64,000 nucleotides of DNA from Pavona decussata (lineage: Eukaryota), in assembly GCA_977016875.1 (NCBI GenBank), contig CDRNST010000096.1, positions 620,001-684,000 of the forward strand. Direction: 5' to 3'. The translations under genes and the position numbers were made by a program. The notes under the pieces were generated by a model, which saw only the letters and a list, made by a program, of their open reading frames with translations, was not told where the DNA came from and searched no databases. Shown here one piece after another: positions 1 through 13,215 of the stretch (position 1 is its first letter; the number at the start of each line of letters is the position of its first letter).

Positions 1-675
1 TGAAAGATCTATAAATTGAAAGCATAAAATCACGCCCCCCCTCCTATATGAGACTTGATTTACCACCCCTCAAACTTTTGGATTTTTTTCCTTTGTACAT
101 TAAGAGTCCAGTTGATATCTTACAACAAGCAATGCACTGAGAGCTGTATATTAAGCTATAGTTTAGGGGGATACCCAGTATGTACAACGAAGAGGAAAAT
201 TTTCACTGTTTTTCTTTTTTCGTTTTGGACTTTTCTCACTCGAATATGTGACCTCTTCCGTCTCTGTTGGTGTGATTTATAGCACACCCCAGAAAATACC
301 TTTTAGATGGTATATCACATGTGGTCTCCCAGTTCATAGCTGGCGATTTAGAAAAATTCGACATTTCCCTCGGGCGGGAAAGGGTTAAATTGGGAATCTC
401 GTGAATCCCATTTGGCACATTTTCCGCGAAATTTGTACAGGAATCTGATGCTGCATTATTGTAGCCAATACAATTTTTTATTGTTTATGCCAAAAAGCCC
501 CCCCCCCCCCCCCCCCACGCAAAATATGTGTTTTTTCCAAAACTGTTACTCTCCCCCCTCTAAAACCGCCGGGTGAAAATATTAAAGGAACTATTTTTTC
601 CCATGCTTGAACGAAAAAAGTAACAATACTAAATGAAAGTTCACATGGTTCTTGATAGTGTAGTTACCGAGTGGT

Positions 676-1467
676 TTAGCAACTGCAACTGGCCATGGTC
701 TTATGAAGAAGTTCAAGGTACAGTGCCTTGCGACGGATGGGTTTCTGAGGCACCTCCAATTCCAGTTCCTTACAGATGTTTTGCAGCATTGCAAGCTGCA
801 ATCTCTCCAGCGATCCATCCTTCTTCATTGCACAAATATCATACCGATGGTACATGATGGGGTGCTGTAGGGTGATGGAGGTGACCACTTCTCTTGCCCG
901 TGCAAAGTTCTCTTCCTCTTGACAGGCCTGCATGTTAGCGTCATCAGGAATTTGCTGGCGCACCTTCGCAGCTAGGCGGGAGAAGTATGATGTAATCTGC
1001 TGCGGTATCAAGACCAAAGAAATTCTCGCTCGGTGCTAGCCGGGTTCTTTTTTTTTTCTTTCTACTCTACGCCCATAGTGAGGCCAGTCGAGCCAGAAAA
1101 GAATTTAAATTAAGGAACAGAATCGTAAAACATGGCGACGTCAGAAATTATAGGTTTTTGTGATCTTTTTGACTACGCTATCCTCAATGGTCGTCAATAG
1201 GGTCCAATAGCTGAACTCCTAGCAGTAGGTAGTTATAGGTTGTTATAGGCTACGCAGTAATCGGTTACCTGCTCGGGATAACAGCAACTTGCATTCGCTG
1301 TCAAGGGCTTTATCGCCACTCATCTTGTGGTGTTTCAAATGTCTTGAAACGTCTCTTTCACATTGTTTCAGGGAAATCACTTCTGTCTGCCCTGGATAAT
1401 CACTGCTCAATCCAGGGGCTGTTGGGCTCTCCAGTAGGGAGGAAAAACTGCACGATGGCGAAGCCAT
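676..1467 (-). pseudogene. Internally deleted Sola3-like transposase gene (first exon plus last ~110 codons)
   Basis: Exon 1269-1467 (MASPSCSF...LLLSRAG|gtaacc) and C-terminus 676-~1000 (LQNICKELELE..RRKALYLELL..SCSC) match the N- and C-terminal pieces of the gene at 14505-18503. The whole middle is missing and element ends were not found. Confidence 0.55.
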
Positions 1468-2206
1468 AGAGATCAACACAGAAAAAGTCCTTCTTGCCAA
1501 ACGTGGCTGGAGGTTTTGTTAGTATCTTTCGTATAATTTGATTAGCAGTAAAATTGCCACAGCACGTGCAAAAAAAAGAATTGGGAAATTCTGTCTGACG
1601 CAAGATCTCGGTTATGCTGAATACCTACAATACAGTACCATGATGATGCTTTTATTTACCGAACGTAGACCTCTTTTTATTTTACTTCTTTGTAATTTTC
1701 TCTTATAGGCAAAAACATAATAAGGACGGTGAGATACATTTCTTTCGCTGCAATATTTCCATGACATACAGCCGCTCGCTCCAACCCGATATTCGCAACC
1801 TCATGTGATTACGTGACTTCTATAATTATTCAACATTCTTGAATGACGTCTTGCGGGTCACAAGAAGGGGTCATTCATTCCTGTTGCTTATTACAACTGG
1901 TTGATGATTGATATCTTTGCTGATATGTGCCATAAGAAGTTGAAATTGAATTGAAACCAGTGTTTTCCAGCGCATTGGTGTTTGTATTGTTATCAAACAA
2001 GGCGATATTATTATAAACTGCTGTACGTCGTCCGCCGTGGGAATGTCCCCAGGTTCAGTTGAATTCACAGATTCCTATGTTTTCAAAATACCGTTTAATC
2101 GCTGATTTAGCCGTCCTTATTCACGATCAACACACCACTTATGAAGGGAGAAAGTCACTCAAGGACAGACGAATCGATTTTCGATTTTCTCAGAATTTGG
2201 CTTTAA

Positions 2207-3130
2207 AAAAGATCCTTGCTGGGCCATGGGTAGGCAAAGTTTTACTCTTCTTTACAAGAACAAGATAGTCATTGTTCTCTTTTGTCAAACTGTTGAATCC
2301 TCCTAATGTCATGTGTGCTAGAGGGCCCGCCCTGTTAGCGTTATCAATAGAGATTTCAACTAGCAAAAAATCACGTACCAGGTGTACTGGGATTAAGTAA
2401 TGACCACGCTGTGGGCACCGCTTAGCTGGCCTAATAAGCAAATCGCATCTCTTGAAGCTTTGCTTCTTTCAAACTCACTGATTTGTTCAGGAGTTATTAG
2501 AGCTTCAAAATCCTCTTTCATCTTCTCCCAATGGCGCTTGGAGCGTTGCAGTCAATATGACGAGGACCATCGTGTGCCTTTATCTTTAAAAGCAATAACC
2601 TTCTCCTTCAAAATAGGTACGCCTGTGGCACCCGTTAAAGAGAATGAGAAAAAGTGGCGAAGTCTCTTTAAGTATGACTGGATGGTTTTGGGAGTGTACG
2701 TTTTGCTTGTTTTCCCCTCAAGAAACTTGTCATTTAGGAGGTGTTCATCGAACAGCGACAGCAATTCATGCTTCTCATCTATTGCATTCAAGACCTTGAA
2801 GACTTGCTTGGTATGCTGTCGGCTAGTCTTTTGATCCAGCTTCCCACCATCAGCCGATTGAAGCCACGCTTCAAAACTAACAAGCTCAGAAGGCATATCT
2901 TTGTGTGTTGTTTTAGCCGAGCTGTCATCGCAATCTCTTTCTTCTTTGCTGCTGATCAGCTCTACGTCAATAGAAGGGGATGGATGCTCCAATGGATGAT
3001 CATACGATACAGTAGGCCTTGGTCTTTCGTGATAAGGTTTTCGATGCGAATCCTTTACGGGAGCTCTTTTTTTTCCATGACCTCCTGGTAATCCTTAGAC
3101 CCTGGAATTAGATGGTGTACTCTATTCAAA
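2207..3130 (-). pseudogene. Tyrosine recombinase (Crypton-like) copy 1, truncated fragment
   Basis: ORFs 2552-2992 (AWLQSADGG..QSYL..LRHF..RWSSSY) and 2190-2441 (RDFLLVEISIDNANRAG..THGPARI) are collinear with copy 3. Cut at a TTAA (~2203) before the RK/H/Y motifs. Confidence 0.85.
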
Positions 3131-3291
3131 TGCACGCAGACATGTTCTTGCAGTAGTAATGGACTGGCCTGCATCGAAGCTTGTAAGTGCATGACAACTG
3201 CCATAACCCCAACAAGGCCTGTGATTCTGATTCAGACGACTACGATGATCTGCGAGTCAATTATTAGATTATTAGACAGGATGAGAGTATA

Positions 3292-3798
3292 TGTTGTTGC
3301 AAACGCGTTAACTCGTACACAAACCAAACAATTAATGACCAAAGCAAGTACGAAAGGTAAGGTAAGGTAACTGAAAAATAACATAAAATAACAGACATAA
3401 ATAAACTAACAATAAAAATGACAATGACAATGCGAATAGAAAACGACAAGCGAAATAAACGATGAATACTTACAAGACGAATGTGACGACAAGAAAAACA
3501 CTTAGAACTTGGAACTTGACTTAAAGGCTAGACTTAAAACGAAACTGAACTTAACTAGAACTAGAACGACTTACGCAATATGAGCAGCAACAACAAAACT
3601 AACAAGTAACCTATAGATATAACGTTATGCAAAATAAAACTAGCGAGTACGAAAACAACCTAAGAAAACAAAGAAGACTAATGAACGAGAAACTAAGTAC
3701 AAAGGGTAACGGAGTGAAAAAACAAGAATGCTGATGACCTATAGAAATACGTAATGCCGACATACAAAAGAACAAAAATCTAAATTTTCGTGCCTACG
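3292..3798 (-). repeat. 3' LTR of BEL/Pao element 1
   Basis: Diverged direct repeat of 7743-8266, with substitutions and a ~20-bp indel. Confidence 0.92.
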
Positions 3799-5982
3799 TT
3801 CCGGCCCCTAAATGGAAAGGCGTAAACTTTGGGTTTACATATATGTGAACTAATAGATAAACTAACACTAAAGAATTAAATGTCTCTTTAAATCTCTAAG
3901 ACTGGGAAAAAATGTCATATGTGCGGTAGATTTGGAAAAGACTTGACTTTCTATTCAATTAAAGTGTTCCTTCTGAATGTTCACAAGATTCCCAAAGGCA
4001 TAGCTTGGAGATGGGTCGAAGTAAAGTTGAATTCTTCGTCCGAACTTTCACATGACGGACCAACTGTTGCTTGTTGGGAAAAACTTCTGTGATACGACCA
4101 ATCAGCCACATATTCCTGGGCGTAGATTCATCAACGACGATAACGATATCCCCAATTGCAAAATTTCTTTAAGGTTTGAACCACTTCTGTCGTTGTTGTA
4201 GCAGAGGCAGATATTCTTTTTTCCAACGTTTCCAAAAAACGTCCGCCAAATATTGTACCTGTCGCCATCTTCTTCTTGGTAGGGTGTCATTTTTCTCAAA
4301 AAATACCAGGAGGAAGAGGCGTGTCTTGACGAAGAAGAAGCAAATGATTTGGTGTAAGAGGTTCCAAATCTCTTGGATCATTTGAGACTGTCGTTAAAGG
4401 TCTTCCATTGATGATACTTTCTGCTCCACACATCAGGGTCTGGAGGCTTTCATCATGGAGGTTCTGTTCCTTCACTAAGCCACCAATAATCTTTCGGGTC
4501 GATCTTAGCCTTTCCCACACACCACCATGATGAGAGGCCGATGGCGGATTGAAGATCCACGTAATTCCTTTTATGGAGAGGACTTTGGTGGATCGCAGCC
4601 TGGTTCTAGCTTTCGATTATAACACAGAGCTCCTTTTTGCCTGCAACGAAGTTTGTACCATTGTCAGAGCAAATTTCTTTCACTTGACCTCTTTGGGCGA
4701 TAAAATGCCTCAGAGCGAGAATAAAGGAATCAGTGTCCAATGAGCGGGATATTTCCAAGTGAACAGCTCGTAGGGCTAAGCAGGTGAAAATCACTCCATA
4801 GCGCTTCACTTGGCTCCTCTTTTGGCGTACAAGAAACGGGCCAAAATAGTCTACTCCTACGCAAGTGAAGGGAGGCTGGTCCGAGGTGTCTCTTGCAAGT
4901 GGTAGATCTGCCATCTTTTGTTCGCCTGAAGAGGCATGACGCCTTTTGCAACCAAAGCAGGAGGATAGTACGCTTCTTACAACAGAATTTGCGCGAATTA
5001 ACCAGAACTTTTCACGCAATAGGCCTAAGACGTATTCTCTTCCGGAATGACCGCTTTTCTCATGAAAATGGCTAACAAGGAGACGAACGTGATGAGAATC
5101 CCTCGGGATAATGATCTGATGCTTCGAATCCTCAGACAGGGTGGCTATCCTCAGTTGTCCGCCAACACGGAGGAGGCCCTGGACCATTATTGGATCTAAC
5201 CTAACGAGCGCACTTGATTTCTTGACGGACTTTCCTTTCTTTAAGGCTGCTATTTCTTCAGCAAAAGCGATTTTCTGGTTAAACTTGATGATCTCTTGTT
5301 CTCCAATCTCCAACTCTTGAAGTGTGAGCAATTTGCACTTGGACTCTCTAGGAGAACCATATTAGTTTTGTCTGGCTTCTCTTTTTCTCTTAAGAAATCT
5401 TCTTTGGCAGCGAAGACACAGCGATAAACTTTAGCAGTCTGAACCAAGACGAGAACTGCGCAACGATAGAAACATATCCGTCCAGAAAGTGACTGTGTCA
5501 ATGGGCATTTCCAATTCTTTCTTCAACATTTTGTTCAGGCGAATCGATACTGTAGCAGCTGCTAATTGCAATCTGGGGATAGCCGTCTGTTTCAGAGGAG
5601 CAGGGCGGGATTTCCCGATGAGAAAAGAACAATGAATTTGACCATCCGAGTTGATGAGGCGAAGATTAGAAACTGCTCCATATGCAATCTGAGAGGCATC
5701 GCAAAAGTGATGAATTTGGCTGCTAGTAATTCTTCCAAAGTCAGGGGGCTTGACATGTCTGTAGACTGAGAATTCGGAAAGCTTCGGTAACCCATGCCGC
5801 CAGGAACGCCATTGAGACGAGAAATTGTCAGGAATCTCATCGTCCCAAGCAAGGCCCTTTCTACACAAATCTTGGAGAAGTAGTTGGGCGGGTAAGATGA
5901 AAGGTACAGCCATTCCTAAAGGATCATATATTTAACTGGTGATGGATAGTATTCCACGCCTTGTACATGGTCGCTCCTTTAA

Positions 5983-6351
5983 GGGGAAGTATCACAAAAA
6001 TTTGCTGTCATTTCAAAACCCAAAAATGTTTGACTGTCAGCAGAAACAACGAAATAATTGTCAAATTTGTTAAAAATTATCACCCCAGTGCAATAAAACT
6101 GTCAATTAGTGCCTCTGGCCAGAGACAGGATAGACCGGTTTGGATTAAAACTTGAAAAATATTAGGCTAATGTTTTTCAAGTTCTCGCATTTTTGTTTCC
6201 AAAATGCACTAGAACACATCACAAGTTGTTTCTTTCAAAAATTGAGTTGATTTCGTTCCTCTCGTCATTCTGAAATTATTTGGCAGGTGATTGAAGTTCT
6301 TATTTCATCATTTTTAACAAAAGATATTAAAAACCCCATGATACTTCCCCT
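5983..6351. mobile_element. Kolobok-type MITE inserted in BEL element 1
   Basis: TIR GGGGAAGTATCA...TGATACTTCCCCT with TTAA on both sides. Removing it restores the BEL pol reading DKLGFKVNVKERPCTRRGILS. Confidence 0.85.
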
Positions 6352-7742
6352 TTAACGTTGACCTTGAAGCCAAGCTTGTCGTTCTCTACGCACCATGATA
6401 CGCCTAAGGCTCTCTCGGTGGGAAGAGCATCTTCGGCTAGGTCCAACTCTTTGGCTCTCTCCAAATTGCTCTACGTGCATAACTGTGGCATGCGGTCCAC
6501 TGCAGTGGTGGCAAGGTTTCCTCTTTTGACATCCTCTGGGTTGATAACCAGCTCTTAAGCAAGCAAAGCATAGCCTCTTTTTCATTACGAAATCAAAACA
6601 ATCTTGATTGGATGCTTTTGCGAAATCAGAACAATCGGACAAATGGTGGGAGGCATGACAGAAGAGACAACCTTTGGCAGTTTCAGCTGAAGCAAACTTG
6701 CTACCGGTTGACGAAGATACGGGACGTACTTGACTGTCAGAATTCTTTTCAGTAATGGTAGCGAGACTTAGTTTCTTTGAACCAGGCTTGTCATTTCTGG
6801 GATTTAACCTCTTCTCTTTGTTAACAGAGGCTTTCTTCTCCATGCAGGGTAACTTGCCGAGGATGGGATTGCCTAAGGATCGCGACTTATGCTCTACAAA
6901 ATTTGAAATGTCTTCAATACAGATCTCTCGCTGTTCCACATTCAGGACCCGATCAGCGGTTTCGCGTCATTTAGCTCGTATTCTTTCTCCAGCTTCAGCT
7001 CCTACCTCTTTAACTCCAACTCGTATTGTTGTCTTTTAAGATTCATCTCCGTCTCATGAAGTCGATGACGTTTTAAGGCAGGGGCTTTGGCTTGAATTTC
7101 AGCGATTTTTGCCGCTTCTTCAGCTCGAGCAGAAGATATTGAACTTGCTTTAGATGCTCTACTGAGGATGGAACCACACGAACTTTTATGTTTATGTTGC
7201 TCGTTAGGGATAACTTGAGAAGCACTGTCATCTGGAGTTATGGCCATCTCATGCAGCTTCACCTCTGTAATGCGTAACCAGTCATTAACGGTATCGCAAA
7301 AAAATCTTAAACTTGGTTCAATTTCACTAAAATAAGCGTTAGATTGTTCCTTATGAGCTTCGTCCACCAACTCGCGATGATATGCGTTCTGAGATTCGAC
7401 GAACTTTTGAAAGAGATCCGTTATCTCGGCTAGCTTGACCTTAATTGCTTCCAAATTGTTGACATCGTTCAGCAAGTCATCAATCTCCTTGTGTTTAGCC
7501 GTAATACTCGACAAAACACCTCCTCTTTTCTTTCTTAGAACTCGAAATCGCTCCACTCGAATAGCATCTGGATCCAGCGTTACGTTGAGTCTTCGTACAC
7601 GTGAACTTGAACAAACAGGCGGCGGCGTATCAGAATGTGCTGGACACTGGCTCCTTGGCGACGTACTTGAACGACTAACATGAGGTCTCGTTTGAGACAT
7701 GGCAACGAAAACCGACGGCAAACGAGATTCGTCTTTTACGAA

Positions 7743-8266
7743 TGTCGTCGCAAACGCGTTAACTCGTACACAAACCAAACATTTAATGATCAAAGCAAGT
7801 ACGAAAGGTAAGGTAAGGTAACTGAAAAATAACATAAAATAACAGACATAAATAAATTAACAATGAAAATGACAATGACAATGCAAATAGAAAACGACAA
7901 GCTAAATAAACGACGAATACTTAGAAGACAAATGTGACGACAAGAAAAACACTTAGAACTTGGAACTTGACTTAAAGGCTAGACTTAAAACGAAACTGAA
8001 CTTAACTAGAACTAGAACGACTTACGCAATATGAGCAGCAAAACTTACAAGTAACCTATAGATATAACATTATGCAAAATAAAACCAGTAAGTACGAAAA
8101 CAACCTAAGAAAACAAAGAAGACTAATGAACGAGAAACTAAGTACAAAGGGCAACGGAGTAAAAAAACTAATAAACGAGGAACAAAAATCAAGAACGCTA
8201 ATGACCTATAGAAATATGTAACGCCGATATACAAAACAACAAAAATCTAAATTTTTCGGGCCGACA
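7743..8266 (-). repeat. 5' LTR of BEL/Pao element 1
   Basis: TG...CA bounded copy of 3292-3798, followed by TSD GTATA. Confidence 0.92.
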
Positions 8267-9469
8267 GTATAACATTTTTTCATTCTATCTTTCAAACTTG
8301 TGGATAGATTTATATTATTGAGTAAGTTAAAACAATTATGTCTTGTGAATAAGTATTCAGTTAATAAGTTTCAAGTATGAGTCTCGAGCTGTCGCTATGA
8401 AAAGGAATTACAAGAAACAGGTAGGATAGTCTAAGAAATGTATTAATGTATATAATGTTTTGAAAACAATTTAAATTGCCGAGTTTCAATCCTCTGATGA
8501 CAGTAATGGCTCGTCTAGAGCTAGTGACAAGACCTCAGAGTGATGGTACTGGAACAATCACGTGACCAGTCACGTGACATTTTATTGACACAAGTTGTAC
8601 CCTATTAAATATAATTTAAGTAATGTAGTATATTTTGTGAAGTTGTAGGGGTTTTGAGGTCCAAAACAATGGCTATTTCAAAATTTGAGTGCAGCCTCGT
8701 TTTCATGCCGCACTTCTGGTCACCTTTAAAAACAACCTCTTAACTTGAAAACTGATACCACAATCTGACTCTACAACATACCTAGTGTTAATCAGGAGGG
8801 TTCAATCTATCAGAATCCGTGTTCAAACCTCTACTGTGGAGTGGGTTCAACGGAACAATTTTTTTCTGGGCCTAGCTCCCCGACTATGAAACCTCTCAGA
8901 TTGAGGTTGTGTAAAGTCTTCATGTAATGTTCATGATGATGTGCATACTAGCAAAGCCCAAAGAAAACAGTGTCAATGCAGGTAGTTGGGATTCTTCAGC
9001 ACATTATAAATTTAATTGAATATCAGATGGGAAGTTGTATTTAGACTCCACAGTACTACACAAGTCTCCTTTTCTTCATGCGTGTCTGCGTTTTCCATAT
9101 TTAATTTGAAGGCAAACGAACAAATTTCCTTTGAGTTTTAACTCTTTCAAGTGGCTCCTCCAAGGGAAAAAATTGAATCGAGAAAACAGCGCTAAAAATT
9201 CGGCAATTCATTTTATTTCAAAATTGTTGGTTTAGTTTGATAGCCAGCTCTATAAGCTTTAATTTGATATCAGGGTTTAGGTATCTACAGTTTAAATCGG
9301 CCGCGTTACATTGCTTGGATGCAAGACACCTCTGAAGGTATAAGGCAATCTTAAGGTTGTGCAGAGGAGAGCACTCCATTTACATGATCACAATAATTTG
9401 CATGGTTTTCTCTAAGAACAGAAGCTAAACAGCCTGAGGTTGAAAGGAGATGGCACAGTAATAAATATT

Positions 9470-10150
9470 ACCTGCACAAATATCCTAGGCAAGAGAAGTG
9501 GATCATCTTAGGGTGCCAGTAATTCAGTGTTGCATGGAACCCTTCAAGACAGCTTGTCTGTGTGTCTGCAGACAACGTCTTTATGTCTCCAAGAATTTGT
9601 TTACTGTCCAGGATGTTTGACACCTTGTGATAAGCTTTTGTACCTGAATTTTAAAACAGTGAAGCAATTCTCAAATTGGAAAATTTTACATTGAAATAAA
9701 AGCACACAACATTACCTATCTTAATTCATTTCCTTGGAGCAATCTTGTCATGCGCATACTCTCTAAACAGTGCATCTGGATGGTCCTTGTGTTGCTGAGG
9801 TGACACATGAACGACTTCCACTAAGCCAAAAACAGATTTTCAAAGCCTTGTATGGTGTTCGTTACACACCAGTATAAATGATTCCTCACACCTCTCATCC
9901 CGTCTTTGATTCTCTCACATCCCTTTTCATTGCTAGCCTTCAGCAATTTCTTATTTATTGATCTGGCCACGTGCCAGATGATGTCAAAGAAATGAGATGT
10001 TTGTGGCTGAAACTGCATGATCCACTTAGCGATGCCCCTATGGCAATCAGAGACGAATGTAGCAACAGTCAGTCCCATCCTTTGCAAGAAATTGAAGTAA
10101 CGTTTTGCCCCCTCTAATTCCATGGCATTACTGCTCCCAGTTTCATTGGC
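9470..10150 (-). pseudogene. Kolobok-type transposase relic (spliced)
   Basis: SNAMELEG..FVSD(C)HRGIAKW..HFFDI.WH..NHLYW, then a further exon QTSCLEGFHATLNYWHPK. GT-AG boundaries near 10150, 9715/9643 and 9470. Confidence 0.75.
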
Positions 10151-10462
10151 CTAAAGAAAAGGAAGGAAAAAAAGGGAAAAGATAATAAAAGGTAATTTAC
10201 AACATTTACTACCAACAGGGAACTCTTTTCTGATGATATAACTAGTTTGGAAGCGTTTTCCACATCAAACATGGTTTTTTGGGAAAACAGGGTCTGAACT
10301 TCCTGGTGAATATTGTTTGCTTATACTTCCTGTTCAGAGTTGCTGCTAGCCTCTGTTTCAATATGAGACTATGTACAGAACCTTAGATAAAAACATGAGT
10401 TGTTGTTAATTTACAAATAAAACTAATTTTCATATCAAAAGTTTTTCAATTGTCCTCATGAT

Positions 10463-10697
10463 GAGAGAGAGAGAGAGAGGTAGATTGAAGGGCACTTTTG
10501 TCACGAAAAATAGGGCACTTATGTTGCGTTAGGGAACTTTGGTCACGATAGGTAGGGCACCTTTGTAACCTCAGGGCACTTAGGTCACATTAGGGCAGTT
10601 TGACAACGTTGAGTAGGGCACCTTTGTCACGTTGGATAGGGCACTTTGCAACGTTGCATAGGGCTCCTTTATCACGTTGTATAACGCACTTTGTAAC
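10463..10697 (+). repeat. (GA)8 microsatellite plus left terminus of a YR element with 10 phased TAGGGCACTTT-type repeats
   Basis: AG|ATTGAAGGGCACTTTTGTCACG at 10484. Repeat cores start at 10489, 10512, 10531, 10554, 10573, 10592, 10615, 10638, 10660 and 10683 (19/23-bp spacing). The same terminus recurs at 55902. Confidence 0.85.
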
Positions 10698-11100
10698 ATT
10701 ACAGAATGCGTGGTGCCTCTGTCTGAAAATGTTGTCTATCAAGTAGATTGTCTTGAATCATGTTTCTTACAATTTATAGAGTAGTCTGAATTTTTAGGCA
10801 TATATGAGTTATATTTCGCAAAAGGTGTTTTTACCATGCTGTGCTACCTTTCCAAGTTTAAAAACCTCATAACTATGTTAAATTATTCTTGTTGCGTAAC
10901 ACACTTTGTAACGTTACAGAATGCGTGGTGCCTCTATCTGAAAATGTTGTCTGTCAAGTAGATTGTCTTGAATCATGTTTCTAACAATTTATAGAGGAGT
11001 CTGAATTTTTAGGCATATATGAGCTATATTTCGCAAAAGGTGTTTTTGGCACACTGCGCTACGCTAGTATTAAATACCTCATAACTATATTAAATTATTT
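10687..11100. repeat. ~215-bp tandem duplication
   Basis: CACTTTGTAAC(A/G)TTACAGAATGCGTGGTGCCTCT...AAATTATT occurs at 10687 and 10903. Confidence 0.9.
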
Positions 11101-12078
11101 TCGTGAACACAAAGTTTTTTGTTTAATGCAAAAACTTTAATTTTCGGTCTTTGAAAGTTCGGTATTTCGCGCGCTGTTCACGGATTACGAAGTTAAAACC
11201 CCGACCACCCACCTTCACTGCCAAAAAATTCTTAACTCCTCAAAAATTTTAGGTGTTAGTGTGTATCATTCATAACTATATATTTCTTTCAGGAAACTAC
11301 TAAACATGATTTTTAACTTTTCAGAACATTCAAGGCTTCATAACAAGCACTATTTGCGGCCAAATTTATGTCAAACTGCAATGCTACCATCCACGTAAAT
11401 TAAGGATGGATTCTACCTAAACATACTTTCTTAGTCGCTTAATATGGATTTCACGTTAATATCTCGTTCACGTATCAAGCAATTAAAAATCCCTAAGCTC
11501 ATCCAACAAAGCATTGTTGTGGGATATTTTGTAAATTTTAGGTGGATTTTTGGGTATATTTGGGAAGAGATAATTGTTCTCAAAGGATAAGTTAAATTGA
11601 GTGAGATAGGAAATATTGATGTTGGATATAATAGCATTTGAAGTTAGAAATTAGTGGGCGGACACCAAACTGCAGAGCCTCTTGTGGGGTGTCAACTGTC
11701 TGGTGGTGTGTCAAAACATTTTTTTCACATTTCAATTCCTTCTTTAAATTCCTAGATTTCACTCCAATTGAGGTAGAATTCCCCCCGTAATAAAAGGCAA
11801 TATTTTAAAGAGTTCTTCTTCACTGTTTAATGAACAAAACGTATATCTTCGCGGGACTGCAAAAATAGATTGATTTACAACAACAAGTGTTTAAATTAAA
11901 GACGAAGAAGTTCAATCAGTCATTACATCCAATCCACGTCAAGTATGACCGATATTTTTGAAATTAAATGGCGATTTATCGAATTTCCTTAGGTGGTCCT
12001 CAGTAATAACACATGTATGGTGTTAACATTTTTTTTAATTTTTGTTTTCACTTAATATGTGCTTTTCAGAAAGATTTC

Positions 12079-12737
12079 CTCAAGCAGTTTAAGGCCTGGG
12101 TTAAGGGCTTTTAAGAGGAAAAATGGTTTATTCGAGATAACTTTAACAAATTCAATGGCACTGAACTGAAATTTTGAAGATAAAAAGATCTTATTCTGAA
12201 AATTTGTAAGCATAATAAGTAGTGCTATAGATCACGTGACATGTCACGTGATCGTTTTTGTGAAAAAAGCAAAGATTTGACAGGTAGGCTACGGTTTTAA
12301 GAGAAAACATCAAACAAAAACGCGTTTGCTTAAATATCTCCATCACTTCACGTTTGGAATTATCGTCCATTGTTTTCCAGAAAAAAAGTATTAGGACAAA
12401 GGTCATTTTTTAGTTCACAATTCAACCTTTGATTGCTAATTTCTCCAATTTAAAAACTTGAGGACGGTCATTCCAAACGTAGAAAGTTAAATATTTAAAA
12501 TCTGCTTCAGCAACACTAATTCAGTTATTCATATAAAGAAAATTCGCTGCCATATCGCCGATTTACGAACTTTTCATTTTTTGGTCACGTGATCAAAATT
12601 ATATGTTAAGGCAAAAGAAAACATCAAGTTTAATATTCAGGAAAAATTTCATCCTGTTCTATGCTGACAAACCGAAGATATAGGGATCATTCATAATTTC
12701 TGAACACCCTTCAAACCCAGGCCTTAAACTGCTTGAG
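12079..12737. mobile_element. MITE (possibly EnSpm/CMC-like)
   Basis: 24-bp perfect TIR CTCAAGCAGTTTAAGGCCTGGGTT; possible 2-bp TSD TC. Confidence 0.75.
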
Positions 12738-13215
12738 TCGAGAGAAGTGTTCAAGAAGCCATTCAAATATCGAGCATTGCAAAGAGTTATTCCAATGTTC
12801 ATTTCACTTTATGGAATACTGATAACGCATGACGTAGATTCAGTCTGTAACTATCATAGACGTCAAAGTAATTTATAAATATAATTTTTTTTAAGAACCT
12901 AGTACTTATACCAACACAACTAACAATCAACTGCCAATGCCTAATGCATTTTAACACTGTTACGATGACTTTGTATGGAACGAAATTAAGTGGTCAACAA
13001 AAATATAAACTTAACGAAGTCTTTGTTTGACCGTTTGACTGTTGATCTGATTTAACCTTCTTCAAAGAAGGTCAAGTTTCCGTGTAGATAGTATTCTTTA
13101 AAGTGCACTTAACCCCAAAATACTATTTTTGCTACAACAAATCTTTGGACCCGTTCGAAACGTACTGCGCTTTTTTTTTCATCTTTATTCAATCCTGACT
13201 TTTTATAGGCTTTAA

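Larger units (their letters stand above)
3292..8266 (-). mobile_element. BEL/Pao LTR retrotransposon 1, degenerate and internally deleted
   Basis: Direct repeats 3292-3798 and 7743-8266; 5-bp TSD GTATA at 3287-3291 and 8267-8271; PPT-like AGGGGCCGGAA next to the 3' LTR. Gag with Cys-His knuckles (6352-7700), RNase H FCDAS (5431-5913), integrase GVDYFGP/SDNGTNF (4606-5331). Many frameshifts. Confidence 0.95.

Noticed and set aside
7700-7835. Hydrophobic N-terminus of ORF 7002-7835 as a signal peptide or env
   Set aside because: It is read-through from LTR sequence; Gag more plausibly starts at the ATG near 7700.
3130-8725. Plus-strand CXC-like stub (CSCSSNGLACIEACKC, ~3130-3265) and a lone GGTCACCT|TTAA end at 8725
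   Set aside because: Probably the 3' end of another DNA transposon that hosted BEL element 1, but too short to assign and with no left end.
10489-10697. CRISPR-like appearance of the short repeat arrays (also 58928-59338 and 60340-60580)
   Set aside because: Spacers are 1-6 bp or poly-T, repeats are degenerate, there are no cas genes, and the context is eukaryotic.
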